A stretch of 64,000 nt of DNA from Thermoanaerobaculia bacterium (GTDB lineage: Bacteria > Acidobacteriota > Thermoanaerobaculia > Multivoradales > Multivoraceae), in contig OY761158.1 in the NCBI GenBank assembly GCA_963664405.1, positions 3,008,001 to 3,072,000 of the forward strand, read 5' to 3'. The number at the start of each line of letters is the position of its first letter. The stretch's first letter is position 1. Both the position numbers and the translations under genes were made by a program. Under the pieces are notes generated by a model, which was not told where the DNA came from, searched no databases, and saw nothing but the letters and a program-made list of their open reading frames with translations. Positions 20,914-32,078 of the stretch are shown piece after piece.

Positions 20914-23655
20914 TCATCGGCGGCCTTCTCTGGGCGTGGTCGGACGCTCTGCCTGGCGACCATAGCGCTCACGCATCTCCAGGAGCTCCTGCGACTCGGG
21001 ATCCTCTCGCAGTGCGTGCTCGACAGTCGCCAGGGCATGCTGCCACCTCTCCTCTTGAGCGTAGGCCTCGGCGAGTCGAACGATCTCGCTGCTCGGGCCG
21101 AGGGCGTCGAAGGGCGGCTCTGCAGCCCGGAGCAGCATCTCGGCGTTGTCCCAAAGCGTGTTGTCGAAGAGATGGAGTGGTGCCGAATACTCGATGCGCA
21201 TGTTGTCGTCGGTATTCAGAGCGACGCCGTCTGCTAGTTTCTGGATCGCTGGCCGCGCGAACAGGTAGTGAGCCAGCAGCGTCTCCGGCAGAGGCATGTC
21301 CACCCGTGCCAGGTTCGCGCGCACGTCGAGGTCCTGGAACAGCGCCTGGCGTAGGCTCTCGACGCTCAAGGGAAGCGGAGACCGACTTCCAACCAGAACG
21401 AGGTCGAAGATGTCGACTCGAAATACCCGCACATGCTCGAAGACGTCGGCGAAGGTGGCAAGTAGAGAACGCAGGTCCTCTGGCGCCATTTCGTAGGCGT
21501 GCAGCCACTGCGCCCAGACTCCCTCGGCATCGAGCTTGCGCTCTCCCAACGCGAAGAACTCCCGGGTGAAGAGGTTCGCAACGCCGGTCAACCAGGGATT
21601 CGAGGGCTCCGAGGTCACCAGATCGTAGGCCCCGTCGGGCACCAGAAGTAGATGATTGCGGGCATCGTTGACGACCAGCTGTACGCGAGGGTCGGCGAGT
21701 GGTTGATGGTTGAAGGCGTCGAACTCGTGGCTCGCAGCCACAACCTCGGGCTCGATCTCGATGAGGTCGATGCGCCGTGGCGAGTCGTGGAGGGTTACTC
21801 CGCCGGCGGTGATGCCACTCGCGAGACCGATGACCGCCACCCGCTCGGCGCTCGGCCGGAAGGCGAATGGGAGGTGCGCCAGCAGGGTCTGGACCTTCAT
21901 GTCGTCCCCGGTCGACGCGTCGTTTTTGCCGTTGTTGGAGAGCCAGAGATGCGAGGGGTCGCGCTTGCTCCTACTCACGGTCACGACCGAGCTGAGGCCC
22001 TCTTCGTAGAAGACCAGATCGTAGGACCCTACGGTGTAGTCGAGCACTCCCTGCCTGCTGCGATCGCGAAGGTCGAAGGCCTTGGTGTAGAGGCCGGTGG
22101 TCATGAGCAGCGGGTCCCAGGGAGGTTTGAACAGAAAGAGCAACACTCCAACCGCGGCCAGAGCGAGGCCGTAGGCCCTGGCACGAGCGCGGCGCTCGGC
22201 AGCTAGGGTAGCCGCCACAGCTGCGATGGCGGCGACGAGGAGGTTGACCGCCGCCGCCAACAGCACAGATCCTCTAACGTGCAGAGCGGGCAGTAGAAGC
22301 AAGGTCCCTCCCAGCGCTCCCACGATGGCCCCGAGCGTATTGAAGCCATAGATCAATCCAACCGGAGTGCCAGCTTCGTGATACCGCCCGCCCGCCACGC
22401 GCACGAGGTAGGGGAAGCTCGCTCCCATGAAGAGGGCCGGTGGAGTCATGACGAGGAGGGCGAGGAGCAGCTGCCCGCCCAGGAGGTGGTAGCTCGAGCC
22501 CTCGAGGCGGTCGTAGAGCCACACCCACATGAACGGGAGCTGGGCGTAGCCGAACATGGCTGCCCAGGCAAGCACAGCGATCATCACCTGTATCTTGCCT
22601 AAACCTCGGAGGAGACCGGCCTGGCCGCCGCGCAGAAGACTTCGGTCCGCCATCGGTCCGGCGGCCCAGCCGCCGAGGCCGATGCCCAAGAGAAAGGCCA
22701 ACAGCATGATCGAGAAGGCATAGGCGCTTCCGCCGAGAAGCAGGGTCATCAGCCGAAACCAACTCACCTCGTAGAGCAAGCTGCTCGCGCCGGTGAGGGC
22801 AGCAAGCGCGAGGAGCGGAGTCAAGCCGAGATCTTGCTGTTGCGCTTCGTTGTTAGGAGGAGTGCTTGCGGGCGCGTTCGGAGCGGAGTATTTGCTTTCT
22901 CCGCCTTCCCGAAGAGCGACCGAGATTGCGATCGCGGCCACTGCGATCAGCCCATTGGCGGCCACTGTCGCACCCGTCGTGGCCGCTGTCCCGAACCTGG
23001 GTAGGAGCACGAAGCCAGCCGCCGCCGTACCTAGCACAGCTCCAAGCGTATTGGCCCCGTAGAGCCGTCCGACGGTGGCGCCGAGGCGTAGATTGCCTCG
23101 GGTGGAGAAACGGACCAAGAGCGGAAGCGTCGCTCCCATACAGAACGTCGGCAAGAGCAGCAGAGCGCTGACAACGCCGGCCTGGAGGGCCCCCAGAGTC
23201 ACCGGGCCGGGGTCGAAATTACGGAAGAAACGTAGGTAAAAGGGAGCCGTGGCTGTGAGCATGGAAGGGAGAACCAGGGCGTAGAGACCGATGAAGGCCT
23301 CGAGGATGCCGTAGGCGAGGAGCGGTCGTGTGACCCGCTGCGCCCAGCGCGCTGCCGCGAGCCCTCCCAGGGCGAGACCGGCCATGAAGGCGGCCAAGAC
23401 GGTGCTGATCGCCAACTGGCTGGTGCCGAAAACCAGCTGAAGATGCCTGGCCCACACGATCTCGTAGACTAGAGAAGTGGCGCCGCTCACCAGAAAGAGC
23501 GCAATCACGCCGACGGTGAGGCGGGTGGGGTCGAGGAGGGCAGCCGGCAGCGAGGGCTCCGGCCGAGCCTCGGGCGCTGCTGCCGGTCGCGGAGTCGGGC
23601 TCGGGATCGCATCCTTGCCTCGTCCGGGCTTCCGCTTCGTTGTGCGTTTACTCAT
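20914..23655 (-). CDS. Fused MFS-like membrane domain / spermidine-synthase-like SAM-binding protein with a C-terminal TPR
   Basis: SGATSLVYEIVW.R repeated twice, LYGANTLGA, VIGLASGIT, IEIEPEV, NDARNHL, SEPSNPW and NTDDN. Confidence 0.88.
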   Translation of the reverse strand: MSKRTTKRKPGRGKDAIPSPTPRPAAAPEARPEPSLPAALLDPTRLTVGVIALFLVSGATSLVYEIVWARHLQLVFGTSQLAISTVLAAFMAGLALGGLAAARWAQRVTRPLLAYGILEAFIGLYALVLPSMLTATAPFYLRFFRNFDPGPVTLGALQAGVVSALLLLPTFCMGATLPLLVRFSTRGNLRLGATVGRLYGANTLGAVLGTAAAGFVLLPRFGTAATTGATVAANGLIAVAAIAISVALREGGESKYSAPNAPASTPPNNEAQQQDLGLTPLLALAALTGASSLLYEVSWFRLMTLLLGGSAYAFSIMLLAFLLGIGLGGWAAGPMADRSLLRGGQAGLLRGLGKIQVMIAVLAWAAMFGYAQLPFMWVWLYDRLEGSSYHLLGGQLLLALLVMTPPALFMGASFPYLVRVAGGRYHEAGTPVGLIYGFNTLGAIVGALGGTLLLLPALHVRGSVLLAAAVNLLVAAIAAVAATLAAERRARARAYGLALAAVGVLLFLFKPPWDPLLMTTGLYTKAFDLRDRSRQGVLDYTVGSYDLVFYEEGLSSVVTVSRSKRDPSHLWLSNNGKNDASTGDDMKVQTLLAHLPFAFRPSAERVAVIGLASGITAGGVTLHDSPRRIDLIEIEPEVVAASHEFDAFNHQPLADPRVQLVVNDARNHLLLVPDGAYDLVTSEPSNPWLTGVANLFTREFFALGERKLDAEGVWAQWLHAYEMAPEDLRSLLATFADVFEHVRVFRVDIFDLVLVGSRSPLPLSVESLRQALFQDLDVRANLARVDMPLPETLLAHYLFARPAIQKLADGVALNTDDNMRIEYSAPLHLFDNTLWDNAEMLLRAAEPPFDALGPSSEIVRLAEAYAQEERWQHALATVEHALREDPESQELLEMRERYGRQAERPTTPREGRR

Positions 23656-23810
23656 TGCATCGACGAGTGGGTCTGTAAGGCGCTCTCTCGGAGCGCACCT
23701 TGAAGGGCTCGAGAGCCGAAGAGCTCAAGACCGGGGCAGTGTGCCACAACCCGCGGCGGCTGCGCGTGCTGCACAATCGTGCCTCGACAGATAGGATCTC
23801 GAAAGGAAGG

Positions 23811-25203
23811 ATGACTCTGATGAAGCGCATAATGTTCTTGGCCCTTCTCGCCTTGCTCTTTGCCGGATCGGGCATCGCCCTGGCAGCGGCCAACGACCTC
23901 TCCGCGGAGAAGGTGACCTTCCATCGTGACGTACTCCCGGTCCTGCAGCAGAACTGCCAGGTTTGTCATCGCCCCAACGGCGCCAATCTGGGCGGGATGG
24001 TGGCTCCAATGGCCTTCACCTCCTACTCCGACACGCGGCCCTGGGCCAAGTCGATCGCCCGTCAAGCCGAAGCCCGTACGATGCCGCCCTGGCACGCCTC
24101 TCCCGAGCACGCCGGCATTTTCGCCAATGAGAGAACGCTGACAGAGGGCGAGATCGACACCCTCGTTGGTTGGGCGAAGAACGGGGCTCCGGAAGGTGAC
24201 ATCGCCGATGCACCGCCGCCGAGGGAGTTCCCCTCGGCTGACGGCTGGGTGATCGGGGAGCCCGACCTGGTGATAGCGATGGGCGATAGCTACTTCATAG
24301 AAGACGACGTAGAGGATCAGTACATCACCTTCGTCTCCGAGATCACCGCAGAGATGATGCCAGAGCCGCGCTGGCTCAAGGGAGTCGAGTTCCGCCCCGG
24401 CAGCTCGGTGGTTCACCACATCATTGCGCTACCGCTCGGCGGCATCGCTCCCGGCAACGATCCGACGCTCTATAACGAGGGCTACGGAACGCTATTGAAG
24501 CCAGGCACCAAGGTGAGCTGGCAGATGCATTACCACAAAGAGCCGGGGCCGGGGACAGGGGTCTCCGATCTGTCGACCGCGGCGCTCAAGCTCTACCCGG
24601 TCGGTTACAAGCCCGACTTCGTGGTGCAGAACGAGCCGCTCGGCAAGATGGACTTCGGCATCCCTCCGGGAGACCCGAGCTACACCGCCAAGACGAGCGC
24701 CACCTTCAAGCGAGACAGCCATCTCCTCGGCTATACACCCCACGCCCACCTTCGTGGGAAGTCGGCGATCTATACCGCCTACTACCCCGACGGCACCGAG
24801 GAGGTACTACTCCATGTGCCGAAATATGATTTCAATTGGCAGACCCACTACGAATACCCCGGCAACGGGAAGGCGATCCCGGCGGGTACTCGGATCGAGC
24901 TCGAGATGAGCTGGGACAACTCGGAGCAGAACCCCTACAACCCGGACCCCACCGCTGAGGTGGTCTTCGGCCAACCGACCACGGCCGAGATGATGTTCGG
25001 CTTCGTCTCTTTCGCCGACGCTTGAGCCGGGCTACGACCCGCCGCGGAGCGGCTTGCTCGGCGGTAGCGGGCGCGAAGAGCAGATCCGCGGCTTCATCAA
25101 GCAGCGCTTCGGCGTCGAGCCCGAAGATCTCACTCCCGAGCAACGCCAGGAGCTCATGCAGGAGCTCCGCAGTCGGCAGCGGGGTGCGTCGTGCGGCGGC
25201 TAG
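23811..25203 (+). CDS. Secreted monoheme cytochrome c fused to a copper type II monooxygenase-like domain (stop at 25025 probably caused by a frameshift)
   Basis: CQVCH, APM, MPPW, VVHHII, QMHYH, PHAHLRG, YDFNWQ and EMMFG. Removing one T at ~25023 extends the ORF by about 59 codons to 25203. Confidence 0.78.
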
Positions 25204-25324
25204 AAGACGCGCAAGAGCGGAAGGTCTCCTGAGGCCAGAGACGGGCCCGGCGGCGTACAATCTCAGGACCTGGCGCCACTGTCGGTGCCAAGTCCCTCCT
25301 CGATCGGCCCGCGAAGGAGAACGG

Positions 25325-27199
25325 ATGTCGATGTCGCGCTCAGCCCTGTCGGTTCTGGTCTTGCTCGTTTTGTCACTGTGCCCGGCCGGCATCGCCTTTG
25401 GCCAAGTCGCCGGATCGGTATCAGGAGTGGTGAGGGACGCGGAAGGTAACACCTTATCTGGCGTTTCGGTGGTCGTCAGCGGAGCGGCTCTTCAGCGCGA
25501 GAGCCTGAAAGTCGTCACCGATGCCGAGGGGGCCTACCGAGTCGCGCCGCTACCTCCGGGTGTCTACGCTCTGCGCTTCGAGCTCGACAGCTTCGCGCCC
25601 CAGGGCTTCGACGCGGTACGGGTCGGTGTCAATGCCCGCGTCACTCTCGACTGGACTCTGTTGCCGGAGGCGGTGGCCGAGACCGTCGAGGTGCGGGGTG
25701 CTCTGCCTTTGATGGAGATTCAACGCAGCGAGCTCGCGACCCGCATCGAAGAGGAATCGATCGACAACCTGCCCTTGCAGAGCAGGAACGCCGAGGACCT
25801 CGTGATCCTGGTGCCTGGGGTCACGCCTCGCCCGGCCGAGGTTCGCGACCAGCAGTTCTCCATCTTCGGAGAGCGGCCGTCGGCGACCAGCTTCCGCTAC
25901 GACGGGGTCGACAATAACGACCCCCTCGACGGAGGGTCTTTTCAGCGCTACGCCCAGGATGCGATTCAGGAGTTCGAGGTGATCACCACCGGCTACCAGG
26001 CCGAGTTCGGCCGTGCCCAGGCCGGCGTGGTCAACGTGCTGACCCGCTCCGGCACCAATGCGACCCAGGGGCGTGCTTTTTTCTTCAAGCGCAACGACTC
26101 CTGGGACTCCTCCAATGTTGCGGGTCAGGAAGCGCCCGACCTGTCCCGGGAGCAGTGGGGGCTGTCGTTGGGAGGCAAGGTGAGGCGTGATCGGTCGTTC
26201 TTCTTTGTCGCCGGGGAGTTCCTCGACGAGCAGCGGGGTCGCAACATCGACTTCAGCGCCGTGCCGCAGTGGGTGCAAGACGGCATTTCGACGGTAGGGG
26301 GTGAGGAGAACTTCGCTGCCGGCCCCCAGATCGACGACCAGACGCTGCTCGGCAAGATCGACCTTCTTCCCAGCGACGAGCAGCGCTGGACCCTGAGCCT
26401 CAACAGCACCACGGACGATGCCGACGGCGACATTCCCAGCGGCATCGCCGGTGCGCTAGTGCTACCCAGCGCCGCCCGTTTGCAGGAGCAGGACTCACTG
26501 GGGCTGACTCTCAATCAGAGCACCGTCCTCAGCCAACGGGGTGTGCTCGATTCCAACTTTCGTCTTCTCGATGGACAGACCGGCACCAATCTGGACAAGA
26601 CCGAGCGTGCCGAGGCCGTTCTTCTTCTCTTTCGCAGTGGCTTCATTCAGACCGGAGCGCAGCTCCCGGGGGGTCGGGCCGAGCGCAACATCGACCGCTT
26701 CTCCCTCGGCCAATCCTACTCTCACCTCGCCGGCCGCCACGAGCTGAAGTTCGGTTATGAGTACCTCGACACCTCTCTCGACGGCTTCGAAGAAGTGTCG
26801 AACGATGTCGAGTATTCTGCCTACTTTCTCTTTCCCAATGCCATCGACCTCAACGAGGAGCTGTTCCAGCGATTCGGTTTCGAGCACGCGGCCGCACGCT
26901 TCTTCTTTCTTTCGGCCAACCCCGACGGCTCTCTCGATCTCGACATCAACAATGAAGACGTTGCCCTCTACGGCCAGGACAAATTGCAGATCGGGGACAA
27001 CGTCATCGTCGACGTCGGCCTGCGATACGACCAGGCTAGTCTCTTTGATGGTGATGACGATAATTTCGCACCCCGCTTCGGTCTCACCTGGGACGTCGGC
27101 GGCAAACACCGCACTGTGGTCAAGGCCAGCGCCGGAGTGTTCTACGATCAAAACGCCCTCATCGCCTCCACCGGCGTGCCCGAGAAGGGCGGCTTTTTC
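25325..27199 (+). pseudogene. 5' two-thirds of an Oar-like TonB-dependent receptor (paralog of 32079-35147)
   Basis: Nearly identical protein to the 32-kb copy up to PEKGGFF, then switches to unrelated TauD sequence. Confidence 0.88.
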
Positions 27200-27687
27200 G
27201 GCGACACTCTCTTTGCCAGCATGTACGCGGCCTACGAAGCACTCTCGGACAAGATGAGGTCGTTCCTGTCGGGCCTCACCGCCATCCACGAATCGACCCA
27301 TCTGTACCGAGGCTCCTACTACGAGAAGGCGGGCGGAGGGGCGCAACGAGCAGCCCAGGAACGAGCATCCGGTCGTGCGCACCCACCCCGAGACCGGCCG
27401 TCAGGCCCTCTACGTCAACGCCGGCTTCACCACCAAGATCGTCGGCATGAGCCGCGAAGAGAGCCGAGCTCTTCTCGACTTCCTCTTCCACCACATCGAG
27501 CGCCCCGATTTTCAGGTCCGCTTCCAATGGCAGCCGAGCTCGATGGTCTTTTGGGACAATCGCTGCGTTCAGCATCTCGCGGTGTGGGATTACTGGCCGC
27601 AGATCCGCACACGGCGTTCGAGTGACCGTGGCCGGGGATCCGCCCTTCTATCGGGCCGAGGGCGTGCAAGAGCGGAAGGCCTCCTAG
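27200..27687 (+). pseudogene. C-terminal half of a TauD/TfdA alpha-ketoglutarate dioxygenase, frameshifted
   Basis: [34 protein letters not shown] and [14 protein letters not shown]. The N-terminal HxD motif is absent. Confidence 0.85.
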
Positions 27688-27699
27688 CCCCTTCCGGCC

Positions 27700-27912
27700 C
27701 TATGCCAGGGCCAGGCGTCTGCCCTTGGGCTCGGGGACAGGATCGCCAAACTCCTGTGCCGTCTCGACCCAGAGCTCAATGGCATCTTGCGCGCTGGCCA
27801 ATGCACATTCGTGAGTGTCGCCGTGCGCCGAGCAACCGGGCAGCTCGGGAACCTCGGCTACAAAGATCTTGTCTTCGTCGCTCCAGTAGATGATGACTTC
27901 GTACTTATTCAT
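27700..27912 (-). CDS. hicB: HicB-family antitoxin (short, no DNA-binding domain)
   Basis: [30 protein letters not shown]...GDPVPEPKG. Confidence 0.9.
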   Translation of the reverse strand: MNKYEVIIYWSDEDKIFVAEVPELPGCSAHGDTHECALASAQDAIELWVETAQEFGDPVPEPKGRRLALA

Positions 27913-28165
27913 CGAAGGGATCTCCCAAACGGTAGCGGAGAATTATCCATCGAACTTGTTTGACTTGGTACGGCTTGGCCTTTGCGCTGTCCTTCTGCAG
28001 GTTGATACGTTCTTCGACATCATGGCGGCGAAAGATGTGGTGACTGCCCTTGGTCCGTTCATCGAATCCCAGGTGGCGAAGAAGGTTACAGAGGTCACCG
28101 AACGCGATGTTGGCGTCTGAGTGCCCCTCGAGGATGCGCCGAATCATCTTCTCATGCCTCGCCAC
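27905..28165 (-). CDS. hicA: HicA-family toxin
   Basis: LGFDERTKGSHHIF...INLQ..AKPYQVKQVR; overlaps hicB. Confidence 0.88.
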   Translation of the reverse strand: MARHEKMIRRILEGHSDANIAFGDLCNLLRHLGFDERTKGSHHIFRRHDVEERINLQKDSAKAKPYQVKQVRWIILRYRLGDPFDE

Positions 28166-28167
28166 AG

Positions 28168-28421
28168 TACAATCTTAGCGCTTGTCGCCACTACAGGTGC
28201 CGCTGCCTCACGGGGTCTACTCCTTGCGCTTCGAGCTCGAAAGCTTCGCGCCCCAAGGCTTCGACGCGGTACGGGTAGGTGTTAACGCGCGCGTCACTCT
28301 CGACTGGACTCTGTTTGCCCGAAGCGATGTCGGAGACATTGGAGGTGCGTGGCGCTCTGCCCTTGATGGAAATCCATCGCAGCAGACTCGCGACCCGCAT
28401 CGAAGAGGAATCGATCGACAA
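28168..28421 (+). pseudogene. Third, degenerate and internally deleted fragment of the TonB receptor leader and 5' region
   Basis: TACAAT..CTTGTCGCCACT leader joined directly to GVYSLRFELESFAPQGFDAVRVGVNARVTLDWTL..ATRIEEESID. Confidence 0.85.
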
Positions 28422-28786
28422 CAGATGAGGGATTCATGTGGGACGCAGCCATCGCCACCCGGCCGGCCGCGTCCGCCCAGAGCGCTCGGGTGGGGCGAGG
28501 CCGAGGGTGCGTCGGCGAAGCCGCTTTTGAAAGTGCGGGGCTCCGCTTCGACGAAGGGGGCCTTCGCAGCCCAGATCTTCCATCTGCACGCCGACTACGA
28601 TCGGCACCGGGCTCTCTAGGCGACGGCCCCAGAAGTCGGCGGCGTAAAGCAGCACTCGAGGGGAAAAGGCCTGGCACGCTCGAAACTCCAACTAATCTGC
28701 TCAGATGAGCTCGCGTTTGCTTTCAGTCAGATCCCTCTCCAGTAGCAGGAGAAAGAATCTTCAGCGAACCTACTTTAATGCGTCGC

Positions 28787-29160
28787 CTACTGCACAGGCT
28801 CCTCGGGAGCATGGTCGATTGCCTTGCGCCAACCGTTCCACTGTTCCGGATGAGTCGCCACTCGGGCCTCGAGGCGAGACGAGTACTGGCGGGCGAGAGC
28901 GGCAAAAGACTCTGCGCGCGAGGTGCCGTGCTGAGGGTTGAGTGGCGCTTCGATCGTTGTTAGCAAGCTACCGTTATCCTGACGTATGGTGAAGACTGGC
29001 AACAGGGCTGCCCCGCCTCGCAGGCAAAGATTCAGCGGTCCGGAGGCCAAGCGGATGCCGGTGGATAGGAAAGGAGCGGTGATGGTCTGCTTCGCCTCGA
29101 CGCCGACGGTGATCGACACGATCGCATTGTCTCGTAGTAGCGCACGAACCTTGCGCAGAG
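28787..29160 (-). pseudogene. C-terminal fragment of an LpxL/lysophospholipid acyltransferase-like protein
   Basis: APFL....LASGP..L....GAALLPVF...IEAPL...HPEQW pattern; no N-terminus. Confidence 0.55.
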
Positions 29161-29164
29161 AGGG

Positions 29165-29567
29165 ACCTGGATTGCCTGCGGGTCAGGAGGGAGTCTTGAG
29201 GCTGGACGCGAGACCCGAGGCCTCCTTCGAGGTCCGGGTAGAAAACCTTCAGCGCAGCGTCGAGCAGAGGTCTGGGAGCGACCCTCGTCGCGTCGTGCGC
29301 TTGATTCTGACCCTGCTGGAGAACGACCCCAGGCTGGTGCGTCCCGGTATGCGGGCGCACGGAACCATCCGGTTGCAGCGACGCGACGGTGTTCTGACAG
29401 TCCCGATCGACGCCGTACGTGAGGCTGAAGACGGCCGAACGATCGTCCTGGGCAAGACACTCTTTGGCTCGCAGATGCGACCTGTAGAGCTCGGCGAAAA
29501 GCGGGGAGGTTGGGTAGAGGTGATTGCGGGCTTGGTGGAGGGAGACCGGGTTCGGGTCGACGCATGA
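29165..29567 (+). pseudogene. C-terminal fragment of an efflux periplasmic adaptor (MacA-like)
   Basis: VRPGMRA..I...VLTVPIDAV...VELG...VEVIAGLVEGDRV. Confidence 0.75.
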
Positions 29568-30029
29568 GAAACGAAGTCTCCAGTTATCGCGCGACAACAG
29601 CGGCTGCCGCCATTTTCGCCGTTTTGGCCGTTGCCTGCCGGCAGGAAGAGCAGGTTCCGACCTATGAAGTGACACGGCGCTCGTTCGCTCATTGGGTCAA
29701 GGCCGAAGGATTCCTACGTGCCGTGAATGTCACCGAAGTCAGCGTGCCGTCAGAGATCCGACGCGGAGCTCGGATCCTGTGGATGGTGGAGGACGGAGCG
29801 CGGGTAGAGGCTGGAGACCCGGTCGTGAAGCTCGATCACTACGACATGGAGCAGCGATACCGCGAGGAGGTCGCAGAGTCGGAGGCCGCCGTAGTCGAGC
29901 TGGACCGAACGCGAGTAGAAGGTCGCCAGGGTCGAGGGCCTCGCCGAGGGCGCCAGGGTGGCGCTGAAGGATCCCGGGGCCAGGAGTGAGGGAGATCGCC
30001 GTAACAGCGATGCACTGGCTTCGAGATGA
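29564..30029 (+). pseudogene. Second MacA-like adaptor lipoprotein with a large internal deletion
   Basis: Lipobox LAVAC and lipoyl half-motif VEDGARVEAGDPVVKLD, then jumps out of frame to the C-terminal VEGLAEGARVAL. Confidence 0.7.
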
Positions 30030-31271
30030 CACTACGCGACGCGCTGAGGACGTCGGTCGGGAATCTCTCGGCCCACAAGCTGCGGACAGGCCTCGCCATG
30101 CTCGGTGTGGTCTTCGGTGTCGGTGCCGTGATCTCGATGCTCTCGATCGGGGCTGGGGCCGAGGACGAAGCTCTTGCGGTAATTCAGCGATTGGGTCTAC
30201 GCAACATCCTCTTGCGCGCCCGTGACTACGACGAAGATCGGCTGAAGAGATCCGCCGCGTCTCGGTCGGTGTCTCGCAGCGTGACATCGATGCCATCGCC
30301 GAAGCGGTCTCGGAAGTCGTCGACATCGCGCCAAAGGTCGAGATCGAGCCCTGGGAAGTACGTTGGCTTGGGGTAAGGCCGAGGCTTCCGTCTTCGGGGT
30401 GGCGGCGGACCATCTCAGGATCGGCAACCTCAGGGTCCGCTCCGGCAGATTCCTCGACCCGATCGACGACAGGGAGCGCGCCCAGGTGTGCGTCATCGGA
30501 CCGCGGGTCGCGAGGGCTCTGTTCGGGTGGGAGTCGCCGCTCGAAAAGGAGCTCCTCGTCAACGGGGTCTGGCTCGTCGTCGTCGGCGTGCTCGAAGGGA
30601 GCGGCGGGGAGATCGATGCCTTTCAGGGGATATCTCTGGCGTCCAGTGACGATGCCATCTACCTGCCGATCACGACGGCTCGACGGAAATTCGACCCCCA
30701 TCCTCTCGGCTCCCCATTTACCGAGCTCATCATACGGTTGGATGACAGACTGGATCCGGAGAAGGCCAGCCTCATCGCCGCTGACGCCATCAAGCGCATT
30801 GTCGACCGGCTCCACGGTGGGGCCGAAGATTACGAGCTCGTCGTTCCTCAATCCCTGCTCAATCAGAGTCAGGAAACGCAGCGCATCTTCAACGTAGTCA
30901 TGGGAAGTATCGCCGGCATCTCGCTCTTGGTGGGCGGTATCGGCATCATGAACATCATGTTGCCAGCGTGCTCGAGCGCAGACGTGAGATCGGCGTACGT
31001 CGCGCGGTGGGGGCGCGCAAGATCGACATCCGTACCCAGTTTGTCGTCGAGATCTTTCTTGATCAGCGTGATAGGGGGAGCGTTCGGCATCGTCGTCGGA
31101 GTCGCCCTCGCCCAGAGCATCGCCACCTATGCCGGCTGGCCAACGGAGGTCAGCGTCGCTGCGATCGTGCTCGCTAGTCTGGTGTCCATTGTCGTCGGCG
31201 TCGTCTCCGGTCTGTACCCGGCGATACAGGCCTCCGAGCTCGACCCCATCGACGCCCTGCGCTATGAGTAG
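30026..31271 (+). pseudogene. MacB/FtsX-type ABC permease with several frameshifts
   Basis: HKLRTGLAMLGVVFGVGAVI, AGISLLVGGIGIMNIML, ERRREIGVRRAVGA and [10 protein letters not shown] are spread over different frames. Confidence 0.85.
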
Positions 31272-31977
31272 CCTCTCTCGCCTGTCAGGGCCGAAGGTCG
31301 CCGGAGAGCTTCTCATCGATCTGCGAGGCGTGGAGAGGAGCTACCGCGTGGGCGAGAATGAGATCCGTGCACTGGACGGAATCGACCTCGAGATCTTCTC
31401 CGGAGACTATCTGGCGATCACGGGTGCGTCGGGAAGCGGCAAGTCGACCCTGATGAACATCCTCGGTTGCCTCGATCGGCCCACCGGCGGCAGCTACCGG
31501 CTGCGGGGCGTCCCGGCTCACGAGCTGGAGGACGATACGCTCGCCCGGCTGCGCAACGAGGAGATCGGCTTCGTTTTCCAGAGCTTCAATCTGCTTCCTC
31601 GGCTGGATGCCCTGGGCAATGTCGAGATCCCTCTCGTTTACGGCCAACTGAAGCTCGCCGAACGGACCGAGCGGGCTCGGGCAGCGCTCGACCGGGTGGG
31701 ACTAGCGGACCGGATGGAACACCGCCCCAACGAGCTCTCTGGGGGTCAATGCCAGAGAGTTGCGATCGCCCGTGCGCTCGTCAGCGAACCCTCCATCCTC
31801 CTGGCCGACGAACCGACGGGCAACCTCGACTCCCGTACATCGGAGGAGATCATGCTGCTCTTCGACCAGCTCTCGGCAGGCGGCGCCACTGTGATCCTGG
31901 TGACTCACGAGTCGGGCCTCGCTGCACATGCCTCGAAAGTGGTCCACATCTCAGACGGACGGGTTGTGTCCGGCTGA
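31264..31977 (+). CDS. ABC transporter ATP-binding protein (LolD/MacB type)
   Basis: [35 protein letters not shown] and VTHE. Confidence 0.93.
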   Translation: MSSLSRLSGPKVAGELLIDLRGVERSYRVGENEIRALDGIDLEIFSGDYLAITGASGSGKSTLMNILGCLDRPTGGSYRLRGVPAHELEDDTLARLRNEEIGFVFQSFNLLPRLDALGNVEIPLVYGQLKLAERTERARAALDRVGLADRMEHRPNELSGGQCQRVAIARALVSEPSILLADEPTGNLDSRTSEEIMLLFDQLSAGGATVILVTHESGLAAHASKVVHISDGRVVSG

Positions 31978-32008
31978 GGGGTGCGCCGGCCAGACGGTCC
32001 GGGCCGGA

Positions 32009-32078
32009 TACAATCCTCTGTGCTTGTCGCCACTGCGGGTGCCAAGCCCCTCCTTGGTTGGTCCGAGAAGGAGAACAG
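32009..32078 (+). promoter_or_regulatory. Putative -10 box and structured 5' leader of the TBDR operon
   Basis: TACAAT, a hairpin and CTCCTT..AAGGAG (anti-SD/SD). Conserved at 25256-25324 and partly at 28168-28202. Confidence 0.5.

Noticed and set aside
25022-25324. Long N-terminal extensions on the TBDR ORFs (also 31467-32078)
   Set aside because: The SD and signal peptide place the starts at 25325 and 32079.
31981-31990. GTGCGCC resembling a group II intron 5' end
   Set aside because: No intron domains follow; it leads into the TBDR leader.
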